Of a DNA stretch of 62,872 nucleotides, positions 1 to 9,167 are shown in pieces. A program made the position numbers and the translations under genes. The stretch lies in the IMG/VR virus record IMGVR_UViG_3300037566_000044, positions 1 through 62,872 of that record, one strand, 5' to 3'. Numbering within the stretch: position 1 is the first letter of the stretch; every line of letters begins with the position of its first letter. The notes under the pieces were generated by a model that saw only the letters and a program-made list of their open reading frames with translations, made no database searches and was not told the origin of the DNA. The stretch comes from a virus. Lineage: Duplodnaviria > Caudoviricetes.

Positions 1-2
1 CA

Positions 3-62
3 AAACACCTCGGCATAGGCAGATCAACAGCTTACAAGGTGATCAGAAACACCACGCCATAA
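3..62 (+). CDS. 3' end of serine recombinase/resolvase (C-terminal HTH), partial
   Basis: Translates KHLGIGRSTAYKVIRNTTP*, matching the resolvase HTH pattern LGIGRSTxYK. Confidence 0.7.
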   Translation, partial: KHLGIGRSTAYKVIRNTTP

Positions 63-279
63 GCCATGTTTATGCTTCGTTCTTCCTTAGCGTGGTTCTA
101 CGAAGAAACCTTCCGATGGGGCCAAATACTCCGAGAGTGATCGGCGGCACTGCAAGAACCACAATCACAAACCGATCCGCACTGCCTTCTCGCGCGCTGC
201 CCGCCGGGCCGCCCGTGCTCAGGCAAAGGCTTTCGTGCGTGAACACGACCTGATGGATTGTGCGCGGGAAGATTGATCA

Positions 280-312
280 CCTGCCGCAACCCGTCGTCGC
301 ATCTGCTATTTT
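280..312 (+). promoter_or_regulatory. Non-canonical phage promoter, first of 8 copies (also 4021, 5999, 10581, 11365, 12310-12342 minus, 52977, 55977)
   Basis: Consensus CCWGCCGCAA-YCCG-N10-TGC-TATWNT with identical spacing in every copy. Confidence 0.7.
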
Positions 313-313
313 G

Positions 314-331
314 TAAGTAAGCGTTTAGTTA
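314..331. promoter_or_regulatory. 18-bp palindromic operator TAAGTAA-N4-TTACTTA, first of about 22 copies
   Basis: taagtaagcgtttagtta; full list given in findings. Confidence 0.8.
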
Positions 332-343
332 AGGAGTAACGCA

Positions 344-730
344 ATGAAGTTGACCGACCTGAAACCCGGGATGATCGTGGTGGCTGATGAAGGCTTCACC
401 TGCCTCGATGCCGGCGAATATGTCGTGCAGGAGCATAACGGCAACCTGTTCATCCCCTGCCGTGGCGGTGAAAACGATGCTGACACCGATCCCGGATATG
501 TCGAGCGGCACTATCTCGACGGTCAGGTCGGAGACGACGGTGAGCTGATCGGTCTGTCGACCCCTCCGACGCGCGCCATTCTGATCCACCTGACAACCAA
601 GGAGTTGGAGATCATCAACGCCATCTTCGACGTTGTGTCCGATGACGACGATGAAAACGGCGCTGTCGCGGCAAAGCTGTCGATTGCTGTCGCCGAGATC
701 CGCTCTGCGCCCGTGAGCGTGGCGGAATGA
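344..730 (+). CDS. Hypothetical phage protein
   Basis: ORF with AAGGAG RBS directly after promoter and operator. Confidence 0.75.
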   Translation: MKLTDLKPGMIVVADEGFTCLDAGEYVVQEHNGNLFIPCRGGENDADTDPGYVERHYLDGQVGDDGELIGLSTPPTRAILIHLTTKELEIINAIFDVVSDDDDENGAVAAKLSIAVAEIRSAPVSVAE

Positions 731-828
731 TCCCGATCCCTCGCATCACCTATGAAACGCTCTGCGCGATTTGGGGGAAGAACCTTGTCTCAAGGTTCTA
801 CCACCCCGCCCCGACCGGAACCTTCTGA
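727..828 (+). CDS. Small hypothetical protein (33 aa)
   Basis: ATGA overlap with the upstream stop. Confidence 0.4.
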   Translation: MIPIPRITYETLCAIWGKNLVSRFYHPAPTGTF

Positions 829-885
829 TCCCTGCGACGACTGGTCCTTGCACGACCTGAGCAAGCTAACGAAAGGCAAGAGCTA

Positions 886-1269
886 ATGCCGCTTCTCTAC
901 CAACACCGGATCTATCGCACGGATCTGACCAACAACCCGAAGGTGCTCTACGTCTTTGGCGACAACTCAAAGCGCGTCGGCATGGCAGGTCAGGCGCGCG
1001 AGATGCGCGGCGAGCCCAATGCTGTCGGTATCGCCACCAAATGGAAGCCCGACATGAACCCCGCCGCGTTCTTCTCGGATCGCCTGATCGAGGAGCAAAA
1101 GCGCCTGTTCGAAGGCGACATTCGCCCGGTCATGCAGGCACTTGTCGCTGGTCGGATCGTGGTCTGGCCGTCTGACGGTATTGGCACCGGTCTGTCTGAG
1201 GTGCCGGAGCGATCGCCCAAGATGTGGGCGTTCATGGAAGAGGTTCGCAAAAGATTGGAGATGATCTGA
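886..1269 (+). CDS. Conserved phage protein, possible macro-domain-like fold
   Basis: YVFGDN...G.AGQA...RGEPNAVGI...GIGTGL motifs. Confidence 0.6.
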   Translation: MPLLYQHRIYRTDLTNNPKVLYVFGDNSKRVGMAGQAREMRGEPNAVGIATKWKPDMNPAAFFSDRLIEEQKRLFEGDIRPVMQALVAGRIVVWPSDGIGTGLSEVPERSPKMWAFMEEVRKRLEMI

Positions 1270-1757
1270 TGGACATTGTGTTCGATATCGACGGCACTCT
1301 CGCCGACGCATCCCACCGACTGCCGCATATCACAAACCCCGAGCAGCCCAAGAACTGGGATGCCTTCTTTGATGGCGCCGTGAATGACACGCCGATCCCG
1401 GAAGCCTGGGAGATCCTCTATTCGCTGCTCAGCCAGCATAACCGGATCATCTTCATCACCGGCCGTCCAGAGCGTCTTCGCACTCCGACCTATAACTGGC
1501 TGACCGACACGTATTGCGAGCACCGCGCAAATTCTGCCTGGTATTGGCAGGAATGTCCGTCGTCACGAAAACCGGTTCTTTACATGCGTGGAAATGGCGA
1601 CCGCCGACCCTCCAGCGAGGTGAAGCGCGACCTGCTGCAAAAGGCGCGCATGGATACCTTCGACCCCAAGATCGCATTCGAAGACCGCGCGGCCGACGCC
1701 AAGATGTGGCGCGACGAAGGTCTGTTCTGCTGCAACGTCAATGAAGGGCAATTCTGA
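1269..1757 (+). CDS. HAD-family phosphatase (T4 PseT 3'-phosphatase-like)
   Basis: DIDGTLA, ITGR, K and EDR HAD motifs; start reassigned to the coupled ATG at 1269. Confidence 0.85.
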   Translation: MDIVFDIDGTLADASHRLPHITNPEQPKNWDAFFDGAVNDTPIPEAWEILYSLLSQHNRIIFITGRPERLRTPTYNWLTDTYCEHRANSAWYWQECPSSRKPVLYMRGNGDRRPSSEVKRDLLQKARMDTFDPKIAFEDRAADAKMWRDEGLFCCNVNEGQF

Positions 1758-1918
1758 TGGCCATGTCACCCGAAGAACGCAAACCGACCATCCTCAACGT
1801 GATCTCCGACCTGGAGGCGCTGCTGAGCGAGGCGGAGGACCGCGAAATGACCGATGAAGAGTGGCGTGACGCTCAAAGCGCCGCGGAATACATCACCGAG
1901 AACGAGGCGCATCTCTGA
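1757..1918 (+). CDS. Small hypothetical protein (53 aa)
   Basis: TGATG-coupled to the genes on both sides. Confidence 0.6.
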   Translation: MAMSPEERKPTILNVISDLEALLSEAEDREMTDEEWRDAQSAAEYITENEAHL

Positions 1919-2175
1919 TGGGCGAGCGCAGCGTAGAGGTTCAGGCCTGGGTCAAGCAAGGGTGCATGCTGGTCAACACCAGCGCCCTCGATCCGGACCA
2001 TGAAATGCACCCTTATAACCAGATCGTTCGCCAAGGCGAGCGCCCGGAAGATTTCGGCGTTCATCACCCCTACACGGAGATGTTCAAGGGTAAAGCAAGA
2101 GGCGAGCTTTGTGCGGAGATCGTGAAGCTGCGCCAAGAGCTGGAGGCGGCTCACAGAATAATGGCGATGATCTGA
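1918..2175 (+). CDS. Hypothetical protein
   Basis: Translationally coupled ORF. Confidence 0.65.
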   Translation: MGERSVEVQAWVKQGCMLVNTSALDPDHEMHPYNQIVRQGERPEDFGVHHPYTEMFKGKARGELCAEIVKLRQELEAAHRIMAMI

Positions 2176-2501
2176 TGTGCCGACGTTCCTCTATCCGCGA
2201 GAAAGTGATGGATCGGGTCGAAGTGGTTCCGAACATCGAGATGGAGACGCCCTGTTGGCTCTGGACCGGAGCTGACAGCGGTGACGGCCGCGGCGGTGGC
2301 TACCCACGCATGAGCCTCGATGGTCAGACCGTCGCGGTTCACAAGGTCATGTATGTCAATGAGAACGGCTTCGTTCCGGGCAAGAAACAGATCGACCACA
2401 AATGCCGCAACCGCATGTGCGTGAACCCAGAGCACCTGGAGATGGTCACGCATAAGGAAAACCAGAAGCGCCGCGCCAAGGCGGCGAAGGAGGCTGCATG
2501 A
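2175..2501 (+). CDS. HNH endonuclease
   Basis: CWLWTG...GY...H...IDHKCRNRMCVNPEHL...N motif. Confidence 0.9.
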   Translation: MCRRSSIREKVMDRVEVVPNIEMETPCWLWTGADSGDGRGGGYPRMSLDGQTVAVHKVMYVNENGFVPGKKQIDHKCRNRMCVNPEHLEMVTHKENQKRRAKAAKEAA

Positions 2502-2704
2502 CCAAACCCTGCGAAGTAGGTGACCGGATCAAGCTGATCCTGATGGGTGACGATCCCTGCCCTATCCCGCCCGGCACAACAGGCACCGTGCGCTATGTCG
2601 GTAAGGCCTGGACTGGAAGTCGCCAGATCCAGGTGGATTGGGATATCGAGCGCAGCCTGAATCTGGTGTGGCCCGTGGATCAGTTCGAGGTGATCAATGA
2701 ATAA
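2498..2704 (+). CDS. DUF4314-like small beta protein
   Basis: GDRIKL..M.DDP.PIPPGT.GTV...VDWD..RSL pattern. Confidence 0.7.
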   Translation: MTKPCEVGDRIKLILMGDDPCPIPPGTTGTVRYVGKAWTGSRQIQVDWDIERSLNLVWPVDQFEVINE

Positions 2705-2939
2705 TCGCACCCTATTGATTGGTCGCTGCTCGTCTGTCCTGGCGGCTGGCATCTCCGAAATCGAAGTATCAATGACCGCCTTTGCGAAGGATATGGGGCG
2801 CCGATTAGATGAGGATCGAATTGCCGACATTGATGCCCAAAGGCTAGATTTCCGTGAGCCGAAGGCAGAGCCGCCGGTTCCGCATCTTCACCGCAACCGG
2901 CCGCGAAACGATCACCCGAAGCGCTATCGTCGAAGGTGA
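2697..2939 (+). CDS. Hypothetical protein
   Basis: Overlapping start; followed by a terminator. Confidence 0.55.
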   Translation: MNNRTLLIGRCSSVLAAGISEIEVSMTAFAKDMGRRLDEDRIADIDAQRLDFREPKAEPPVPHLHRNRPRNDHPKRYRRR

Positions 2940-2961
2940 CGATCGATCAAAATGTTACAGC

Positions 2962-2982
2962 GGGGCAATTTGCCCCTTCTTT
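2962..2982 (+). terminator. Intrinsic terminator
   Basis: GGGGCA-ATT-TGCCCC followed by TTCTTT. Confidence 0.55.
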
Positions 2983-3035
2983 AATTGAAAATTAGGGCTT
3001 ATTGCCCTATCTTATTCGTGTGAGAGGGAGAACTC

Positions 3036-3239
3036 ATGCCTAGAACCATGTCTTTTATGGCTAATAATGCCATCAAAAAGAAGTCCGTCCGCACCGTGCG
3101 GAATCCGGGCTCTGTTGTCGTGTCTGGCAAGTTTGTAGGCAAAAACAACATCTCGGCGCAAGATCGAAGCGAAAAGCTCCGTTCGATCGCCAAGGACGCT
3201 GAAAAGCGCCTCAAAGGCTCGATGAAGCTCCTCGCCTAA
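3036..3239 (+). CDS. Putative antitoxin of the Doc toxin
   Basis: Small basic ORF, TAATG-coupled directly upstream of doc. Confidence 0.6.
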   Translation: MPRTMSFMANNAIKKKSVRTVRNPGSVVVSGKFVGKNNISAQDRSEKLRSIAKDAEKRLKGSMKLLA

Positions 3240-3655
3240 TGTCATTTGCATTGCCGGAAGACCTGGATGAGGTTGATTTCCTCACTAGAGAAGATGTGAT
3301 CGACATCCACGATAATGTCGCGCTGATCGAAGGTGGCCGGCCGGGCATTCTCAAAGAGGGTGATCTGCTAGGCTCGATCGGGCGGCCAGTCCAGGCGGCG
3401 CTGTATGATGAAGATGCGGATCTCATCAAGATCGCCGCCTACTACTGGCACGGCATCTCTACAAGCCACGGCTTCAATGATGGAAACAAGAGAACCGGGC
3501 TTCTGTCCGCCATCTCATTTCTCGGCATGAATGGCATCGGATTTGATATGGACGAGCTGGAGCCCGGAGAAAGCATCAATGGGTGGATGGACCGGGGAGA
3601 GTTCACGCTAGAGCGCCTGGACACTTACCTTCGCACCCATTGTTTCGTGGCCTAA
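3239..3655 (+). CDS. doc: Death-on-curing (Doc/Fic family) toxin
   Basis: HGFNDGNKRTG Fic motif with the Doc-type Lys. Confidence 0.85.
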   Translation: MSFALPEDLDEVDFLTREDVIDIHDNVALIEGGRPGILKEGDLLGSIGRPVQAALYDEDADLIKIAAYYWHGISTSHGFNDGNKRTGLLSAISFLGMNGIGFDMDELEPGESINGWMDRGEFTLERLDTYLRTHCFVA

Positions 3656-3945
3656 GAACAACGATAGGCGCGCTCGACCCAGGTGTAGTAAGAGCCGGAA
3701 GTGCGCGTCCATTCATCGGTCATACGCGCGCTCTGCTTGCCCATATTCTGACATTCCGTAGTGGCCAGGCCATCCATGTGTGCCAGGATGTCCGCGACCT
3801 CGCTTGACTGCCGGTTCATGTTGCCGATATTGACCTGGTAGTTGACCGCATCGGCGCTGCGCCGGGTCACCTCGTAAAACATGCTCTCTGGCGATGCGCA
3901 GGCGGCGAGTCCCGCCAGGGCCGCTAATCCGATCAGTAATCTCAT
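3652..3945 (-). CDS. Small lipoprotein, possible superinfection-exclusion factor
   Basis: MRLLIGLAALAGLAAC lipobox; start reassigned to 3945. Confidence 0.7.
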   Translation of the reverse strand: MRLLIGLAALAGLAACASPESMFYEVTRRSADAVNYQVNIGNMNRQSSEVADILAHMDGLATTECQNMGKQSARMTDEWTRTSGSYYTWVERAYRCS

Positions 3946-4088
3946 TCTACATTCCTTAGCTAAGTGCCTACTTAGCTTTATAGCTAGGCAATCTAGGGTT
4001 GCAATGGAATCCTGTCGAACCCAGCCGCATACCGTCGCGTCCTCTGATATAAGTAAGTTGTTACTAATCAGCAACGCGAGAAAACAAG

Positions 4089-4490
4089 ATGCTCCACATC
4101 AATCATAAGATCGCCATCGAGTTTGTCCGCTCTGACGAGCGCCGCAATAACGGCAACCCACTCATGCGCGTGATCCTTTTCGAGGAGGATCTGAACATTC
4201 CGGGGTGCTGGTCGGTCAAGGACATCATGGAATACCAGTCATCCGACTTCAAAGGCCTCTACTCGACGATTGGCACGCTGATCGACGGTCACAAATGCGG
4301 CACGCACGGCGAGATGAAGTCCATCTACCTCTGCGACGACGATGGCAAGATCCTCGATATCGAGTGCGAACGCGGCAACACCGACGGCTACATCCTGTCG
4401 GTCATCAAGGCGGTCTATACCGAGTGGGTCGACCAGGTTGATCCAACCATGCTGGACCAGTTCCTTGCTGTTGTTGGGGAGTCTGTCTGA
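4089..4490 (+). CDS. Hypothetical protein
   Basis: ORF after promoter 4021 and operator 4050. Confidence 0.7.
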   Translation: MLHINHKIAIEFVRSDERRNNGNPLMRVILFEEDLNIPGCWSVKDIMEYQSSDFKGLYSTIGTLIDGHKCGTHGEMKSIYLCDDDGKILDIECERGNTDGYILSVIKAVYTEWVDQVDPTMLDQFLAVVGESV

Positions 4491-4852
4491 TGCCCGACGC
4501 TGTTCGCAACAACATTGGCGCCTTCCCCTCCTACCTCTGGAATGACGAGGCGCAGATCATCAACCGCATCATCACCGAGGTTCTGAACCGCAAATGCGTG
4601 ATCTCCGTCCACAACGGAGAGGAGTGGTCGGTCAAGAAGTCGAGCGACCGAAAGGCGATCCAGAAAGAGGTCGCTGCCACCGACATAACGCAGTTCCGGG
4701 TGCGTGACGCTGAAGGTCAATACGCCGGATGGTTCATGCTTATCCACGGCAATCGCACCGACGTTCTGTCCGACTACTCCGACAACGAGTTCTGCGAGGA
4801 GATCTGGCAGGCAATCAAACCCACCGTAGAGCGACTGGAGGCGAACCTCTGA
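4490..4852 (+). CDS. Hypothetical protein
   Basis: Coupled ORF. Confidence 0.7.
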   Translation: MPDAVRNNIGAFPSYLWNDEAQIINRIITEVLNRKCVISVHNGEEWSVKKSSDRKAIQKEVAATDITQFRVRDAEGQYAGWFMLIHGNRTDVLSDYSDNEFCEEIWQAIKPTVERLEANL

Positions 4853-5055
4853 TGCCGAAATTCACTGTCGTCATATGGGAGCAGCGTCGGATCGAGATGG
4901 AGGTCGAGGCGGAAAACAAAGACATGGCGGACGCACACGCGGTCGCTGTCTGGGACGGGATCAATGAAGACCCGACCATCGACCAGGCTCCGGAAATCAA
5001 GGCGATCGACGAGCACGACGCAAAATCCATCCATGTTGAGGAGAAAGCAGAATGA
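4852..5055 (+). CDS. Hypothetical protein
   Basis: Coupled ATG at 4852. Confidence 0.65.
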   Translation: MPKFTVVIWEQRRIEMEVEAENKDMADAHAVAVWDGINEDPTIDQAPEIKAIDEHDAKSIHVEEKAE

Positions 5056-5213
5056 CCGCCTGGTGCGATGAATCCAATCCCAGGGGCTGGTGTGACGAGG
5101 AGATTAGCGACTACTTCGACACCAACCCTGATCTCACCCTTGCCGCCTTGGCACGTATGACCGGGCGCACGGTTCCGGAGCTGCAACAGATCCTGATGAA
5201 GGGGGCGTCATGA
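5052..5213 (+). CDS. Small hypothetical protein (53 aa)
   Basis: ATGA overlaps at both ends; MTAWCDES...ILMKGAS. Confidence 0.6.
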   Translation: MTAWCDESNPRGWCDEEISDYFDTNPDLTLAALARMTGRTVPELQQILMKGAS

Positions 5214-5470
5214 GCGCCTCTCTGACCCACGAACTGCGCCGACTGATGCGCCATCGCCCTGTCACCGAACGTGTGCGCCTCTGGTGGCTGCTGCGCCGGC
5301 TGAACCACCTGGAATACAAGCTGGAGACCACTCTGGTTGGTGGCGCCGGGTTTGCGCTCAGCAATCACCTGAATGGCGGCCGGTGTGACGCTATCCGCTC
5401 GAAGATCATCCGTGTGGAGGATCAGATCCGAGCAATCACGCAACCTGTCATGAACGGAAAAGCTGCATGA
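5210..5470 (+). CDS. Hypothetical protein
   Basis: Coupled ORF. Confidence 0.6.
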   Translation: MSASLTHELRRLMRHRPVTERVRLWWLLRRLNHLEYKLETTLVGGAGFALSNHLNGGRCDAIRSKIIRVEDQIRAITQPVMNGKAA

Positions 5471-5898
5471 CCCTGAGAACCGCACAAAAGAAATTCGACG
5501 ACGCCACATACGCCGCGGTCAACGCGCTTGGCCTGTCACCGGAGGAGCAGCCTCATCTGTGCCTGATGCTCGTAAAGGCCATTCGCACCTGGTCCAAAGA
5601 CCTGGTCACCGACGACGGGGAAGAGGCGGCCGATCCCGAGCCCGTCAAGACCTATGGCATCCAGGTTGGTCGTGATGCCCGGGAATATTTCAGCGCCACC
5701 GCGACATGCGCCCTGTCCGATATCAGGGAGAATGTAACGCGGCACGGCTATGCCGGTGACGTTGACGACGGTTGGAAAGGCATTGGCACGGAGATCTACG
5801 ATGCGGTCGAGGTGGTCAATGTGACTGATCCGGACACGGGCAAGGTCATCGCGCGCTGGACTGAAGGTGATGGCTGGGAAGAATCCCCAGAGTCCTAA
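5467..5898 (+). CDS. Hypothetical protein
   Basis: Coupled ORF. Confidence 0.7.
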   Translation: MTLRTAQKKFDDATYAAVNALGLSPEEQPHLCLMLVKAIRTWSKDLVTDDGEEAADPEPVKTYGIQVGRDAREYFSATATCALSDIRENVTRHGYAGDVDDGWKGIGTEIYDAVEVVNVTDPDTGKVIARWTEGDGWEESPES

Positions 5899-6065
5899 GA
5901 CTCATTTTCCGCCCCTTTTGCGCATGACTACGGCAGAAGGGGTGGAAGCGCATTACTCCCGATAACTTACGATTATCGCGTGTAATCGCCTGCCGTCGCC
6001 AGCCGCAATCCGACGCGCCCTTCGCTATTCTTAAAACATGAGAAAAATCAACTCAGGAGAGCTCT

Positions 6066-6380
6066 ATGAGCAAGCCTAAATTCATCGATGGTGAAGACCG
6101 CAGCCGCCGCAACCCCGACACCTTCCACATTCCCGATGTTGCTGATCGGTGCAGTCTCCGGATCGGCGATCACGCGAAAGTCGGGCTGGAAAGCGAGGAA
6201 GGTGGCGAGCGCTTCTGGGTGAAGATCACCGAGGTCAACGCCAAGCAGAAGGGCGCGGTCTACAAAGGCACCGTGGATAGCGACCTAGTGGTGTTCGATC
6301 TGCCGATTGGTCACGAGCTGTCCTTCGAGCCCTGGCATGTGCTGGGCATCCTGCGTCACGACGAGGAGATCGCGGCGTGA
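6066..6380 (+). CDS. Hypothetical protein (DUF2314-like ERFWV motif)
   Basis: AGGAG RBS after promoter 5999. Confidence 0.7.
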   Translation: MSKPKFIDGEDRSRRNPDTFHIPDVADRCSLRIGDHAKVGLESEEGGERFWVKITEVNAKQKGAVYKGTVDSDLVVFDLPIGHELSFEPWHVLGILRHDEEIAA

Positions 6381-6823
6381 GTGAGAGCGAGCTAGAACGG
6401 CGGCTTCGTGAGGCCATAATCGAGTCGAAGCCAATAGCCCCGCCGGTCGGTGAGGAAGAGAACGCCCTTGATGGCGTCCTCGACGGCATGGCGCATGTCG
6501 AGAAACGACCCAGCGACAGCCTGCCGAAGCCAAAGCCGCCGGCGGAGCTGACGCAGGAGCAGAAAGAGATCCTCGACGAGCTGCCGGATGAGCCGGGCTT
6601 CTACTGGGTCGAGAACAACTACAATAGGGAGCGCGCTGTCGCCTGGATCGACCGCAACGCAGAATTGGGCACGGTCAAGTTCGGCTACCAGCACATGCAC
6701 GCCAGACCGGCTGATATCGGCGTCATCGATCGCTTCCTTACGACATGGACGGTGCTCGGCACATGCGAGCCGTTCAAAGACACCAACGACTACAACACCA
6801 ACAACACTTTTGGGATGTTCTAA
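6377..6823 (+). CDS. Hypothetical protein
   Basis: Coupled ORF. Confidence 0.7.
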   Translation: MSESELERRLREAIIESKPIAPPVGEEENALDGVLDGMAHVEKRPSDSLPKPKPPAELTQEQKEILDELPDEPGFYWVENNYNRERAVAWIDRNAELGTVKFGYQHMHARPADIGVIDRFLTTWTVLGTCEPFKDTNDYNTNNTFGMF

Positions 6824-7449
6824 TGGGAATCCGCATGCACAAAGCCGTGGGATACGGCCTCGATATCACCGGTATGAACCTGGATGCTCTTAACTGGGAG
6901 AAGCTGGAGGATAGAAGCCTCTTCGAGCAGTTCATCGAAGAGGTCCGGTCTTATGCCAAAGAGCATGACGATCTTCGGGAGAGAATGGTCTTTCACCCGA
7001 ACCAGATGGATCAGATGCAGCGCCGTCTGCCGACCAATTTCTACGAAATGGTGAAATATGATAGTGAGTTTGGCTTTGCCGAAAAGTTGCTACTGATCCC
7101 GTTTGGCTACACTGAGTCCTGGCACCGCTATGGCGATCTACTGGACACCTTCGAATACGAAGCCTGCAACGACTTTGACGGTCCTAATTGGATGGCGCCG
7201 GAGTGGATCGAGAAGAAGGGCACGCTCTATCCGTTCGTAGGACTAATGAAAGCTAACCCCGAGAAGCCGTTCGGTATCGAGGAATACTGGATCTCCTGCT
7301 ATCTCAGCGACGAGCGGCACAAAGACGCTACCCCGGTCGCACCGATGCATCTTTGGTTCGTGATCAAGCTTCTTGGCCTGGCGCCGGAAGACCAGGTGAC
7401 AGAGACGTTCCTGAAGCTACGCCCGACCATCTACAGGTGGTGGAGCTGA
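6823..7449 (+). CDS. Hypothetical protein
   Basis: TAATG-coupled start at 6823. Confidence 0.7.
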   Translation: MGIRMHKAVGYGLDITGMNLDALNWEKLEDRSLFEQFIEEVRSYAKEHDDLRERMVFHPNQMDQMQRRLPTNFYEMVKYDSEFGFAEKLLLIPFGYTESWHRYGDLLDTFEYEACNDFDGPNWMAPEWIEKKGTLYPFVGLMKANPEKPFGIEEYWISCYLSDERHKDATPVAPMHLWFVIKLLGLAPEDQVTETFLKLRPTIYRWWS

Positions 7450-7453
7450 AGCC

Positions 7454-7900
7454 ATGAAACGCACGGTAGCAGCCCTTGTCGTCGCCCTCTCCTGTCTGAC
7501 GCCGGTTCACGCAAGCCAGCCTCTCCGGGTCGGAAACGATCGGGGTGGCTACCTGCACGACCGCCTGATCGAGATCCAGAACCTCCTGCGCAACGGCATC
7601 AAGATCGAGATCCGCGGCCGTGTCTGCTTCTCGACATGCACCATGTTCCTGGGTCTACCGGGAGTATGCGTAAGCCCGGACACGACGTTCGGCTTTCACG
7701 GCCCGTCGCGCAGCGGTCGATCCCTGCCGCCTGACCAGTTCGACTATTTCAGCGAGGTCATGGCGAGCTTCTACCCTGCCCCGCTCAAAAAGTGGTTCAT
7801 GGAGACCGGCCGGCACCGCATCAACGGCGTCTACAAGATCAAAGGCACCGAAATCATTCGTATGGGCATTCCCGCCTGCTCAGAAAAGGACAAATCATGA
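7454..7900 (+). CDS. Secreted protein, ClpP/crotonase-like signature
   Basis: Signal peptide; ND.GG...I.G.C.S.CT..L......C......FGFH. Confidence 0.65.
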   Translation: MKRTVAALVVALSCLTPVHASQPLRVGNDRGGYLHDRLIEIQNLLRNGIKIEIRGRVCFSTCTMFLGLPGVCVSPDTTFGFHGPSRSGRSLPPDQFDYFSEVMASFYPAPLKKWFMETGRHRINGVYKIKGTEIIRMGIPACSEKDKS

Positions 7901-8256
7901 CCGCCAACCGCATTTCACTGGGCATGATCGGCGAGCTCAAGCACCCGGTCTCTCGAAGGCACCGAGCCGCGGCTGTAAGGATCGCGCAGCGCTATGGGCT
8001 CGGGGTCAACAAAGAAGGCACCCTGATCTACCAGAAGCAGGTGAGCAAACCTATTCCGGCCAACATGGACATCTTCCTGCTCGCCGCGGCAGAACATGAA
8101 AAGGTGGCCTTCTGCGAAAAGGTCTGGAATGCAGGATTCGAGACCGCATACAACAAGACGTGTCCATTCGTGGACCTTTCCGTGGAGGGTAAAGATCACG
8201 CCTATGACGTGATGACCCTGGCTGAATTCCGTAAATCAACAGGACAAGCATCATGA
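7897..8256 (+). CDS. Hypothetical protein, tandem paralog A
   Basis: Similar over its length to 8253-8624. Confidence 0.75.
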   Translation: MTANRISLGMIGELKHPVSRRHRAAAVRIAQRYGLGVNKEGTLIYQKQVSKPIPANMDIFLLAAAEHEKVAFCEKVWNAGFETAYNKTCPFVDLSVEGKDHAYDVMTLAEFRKSTGQAS

Positions 8257-8624
8257 GTGATAACCAGATCACCTTCGGTCTCATCGGCGAGCTAACGGAA
8301 CCGATCGCTGAGGAGAGTATCGACTTTGCGACCGAACGGTTCGACGAAATCGGGCTTGGGCTTAACTACGAGGGCACGTTTGTTTACCAATGCGACAAGC
8401 ACGGCCCCATCAATGAGAACTTCACGATCCACATTCTCAGCGATTTGGAGCTGGAGCGACAAAGGTTCTTCGCCAAGATATGGAATCTCGGGTTTCATAT
8501 CACCATCGACAACATCCACCCCTTCGTCGATCTCTGGTATGACGGCGTAGATAGCAACCACGCCGACTTGACGGTCGAAAAGTTTCGGAAGATGACGGGT
8601 CAAACAGAAGGATCAGACGCATGA
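8253..8624 (+). CDS. Hypothetical protein, tandem paralog B
   Basis: Similar over its length to 7897-8256. Confidence 0.75.
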   Translation: MSDNQITFGLIGELTEPIAEESIDFATERFDEIGLGLNYEGTFVYQCDKHGPINENFTIHILSDLELERQRFFAKIWNLGFHITIDNIHPFVDLWYDGVDSNHADLTVEKFRKMTGQTEGSDA

Positions 8625-8911
8625 AGCGCTACATGGTCTTCGCCGGAGAGGAATACTACTCGTCCGGCGGCGCTACCAATCTCCTGGGCACCGCAGACAC
8701 GCTCGAAGAGGCATGGGAGATGGTTGGCCCCTCTTCATTCAAAGACCGCGAAAACGGCAAGTATGATTGGTGCCATGCTTACGACACGCAGGAGGACAAG
8801 ATCATAGCCCGGCCTAACTGGGGCGGTGAGACACACTTAGAGGGTCACGCACGCGGTCATGGCACCGGTGTTCGCTATCCTGAAGGTGAAGACGAGTGGA
8901 GCGACTACTGA
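8621..8911 (+). CDS. Hypothetical phage protein
   Basis: Coupled ORF, MKRYMVFAGEEYY.SGG. Confidence 0.7.
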   Translation: MKRYMVFAGEEYYSSGGATNLLGTADTLEEAWEMVGPSSFKDRENGKYDWCHAYDTQEDKIIARPNWGGETHLEGHARGHGTGVRYPEGEDEWSDY

Positions 8912-8912
8912 T

Positions 8913-9167
8913 ATGAAGACCATCAACATGAACGACACCGTCCGGGTCAAACTGACGGACCTGGGCAGGCAGATCCACAAGGAGAAGCACGGCGAAGTCT
9001 GCACACGCGCCAATGTGAGCTACCAGCCGCCACAGGAAGACGAGGACGGCTATAGCAAGTGGCAGCTGTGGCACCTCATGAGCTTCTTCGGTGAGCATCT
9101 CTCACTGGGTCTGGAGATCCCGTTCGAACCGCGGATCGTTCTGGATACGGTCAAGGAGACGACATGA
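8913..9167 (+). CDS. Hypothetical phage protein
   Basis: MKTINMNDTVRVKLT.LG...QLW.LM..FG. Confidence 0.7.
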   Translation: MKTINMNDTVRVKLTDLGRQIHKEKHGEVCTRANVSYQPPQEDEDGYSKWQLWHLMSFFGEHLSLGLEIPFEPRIVLDTVKETT

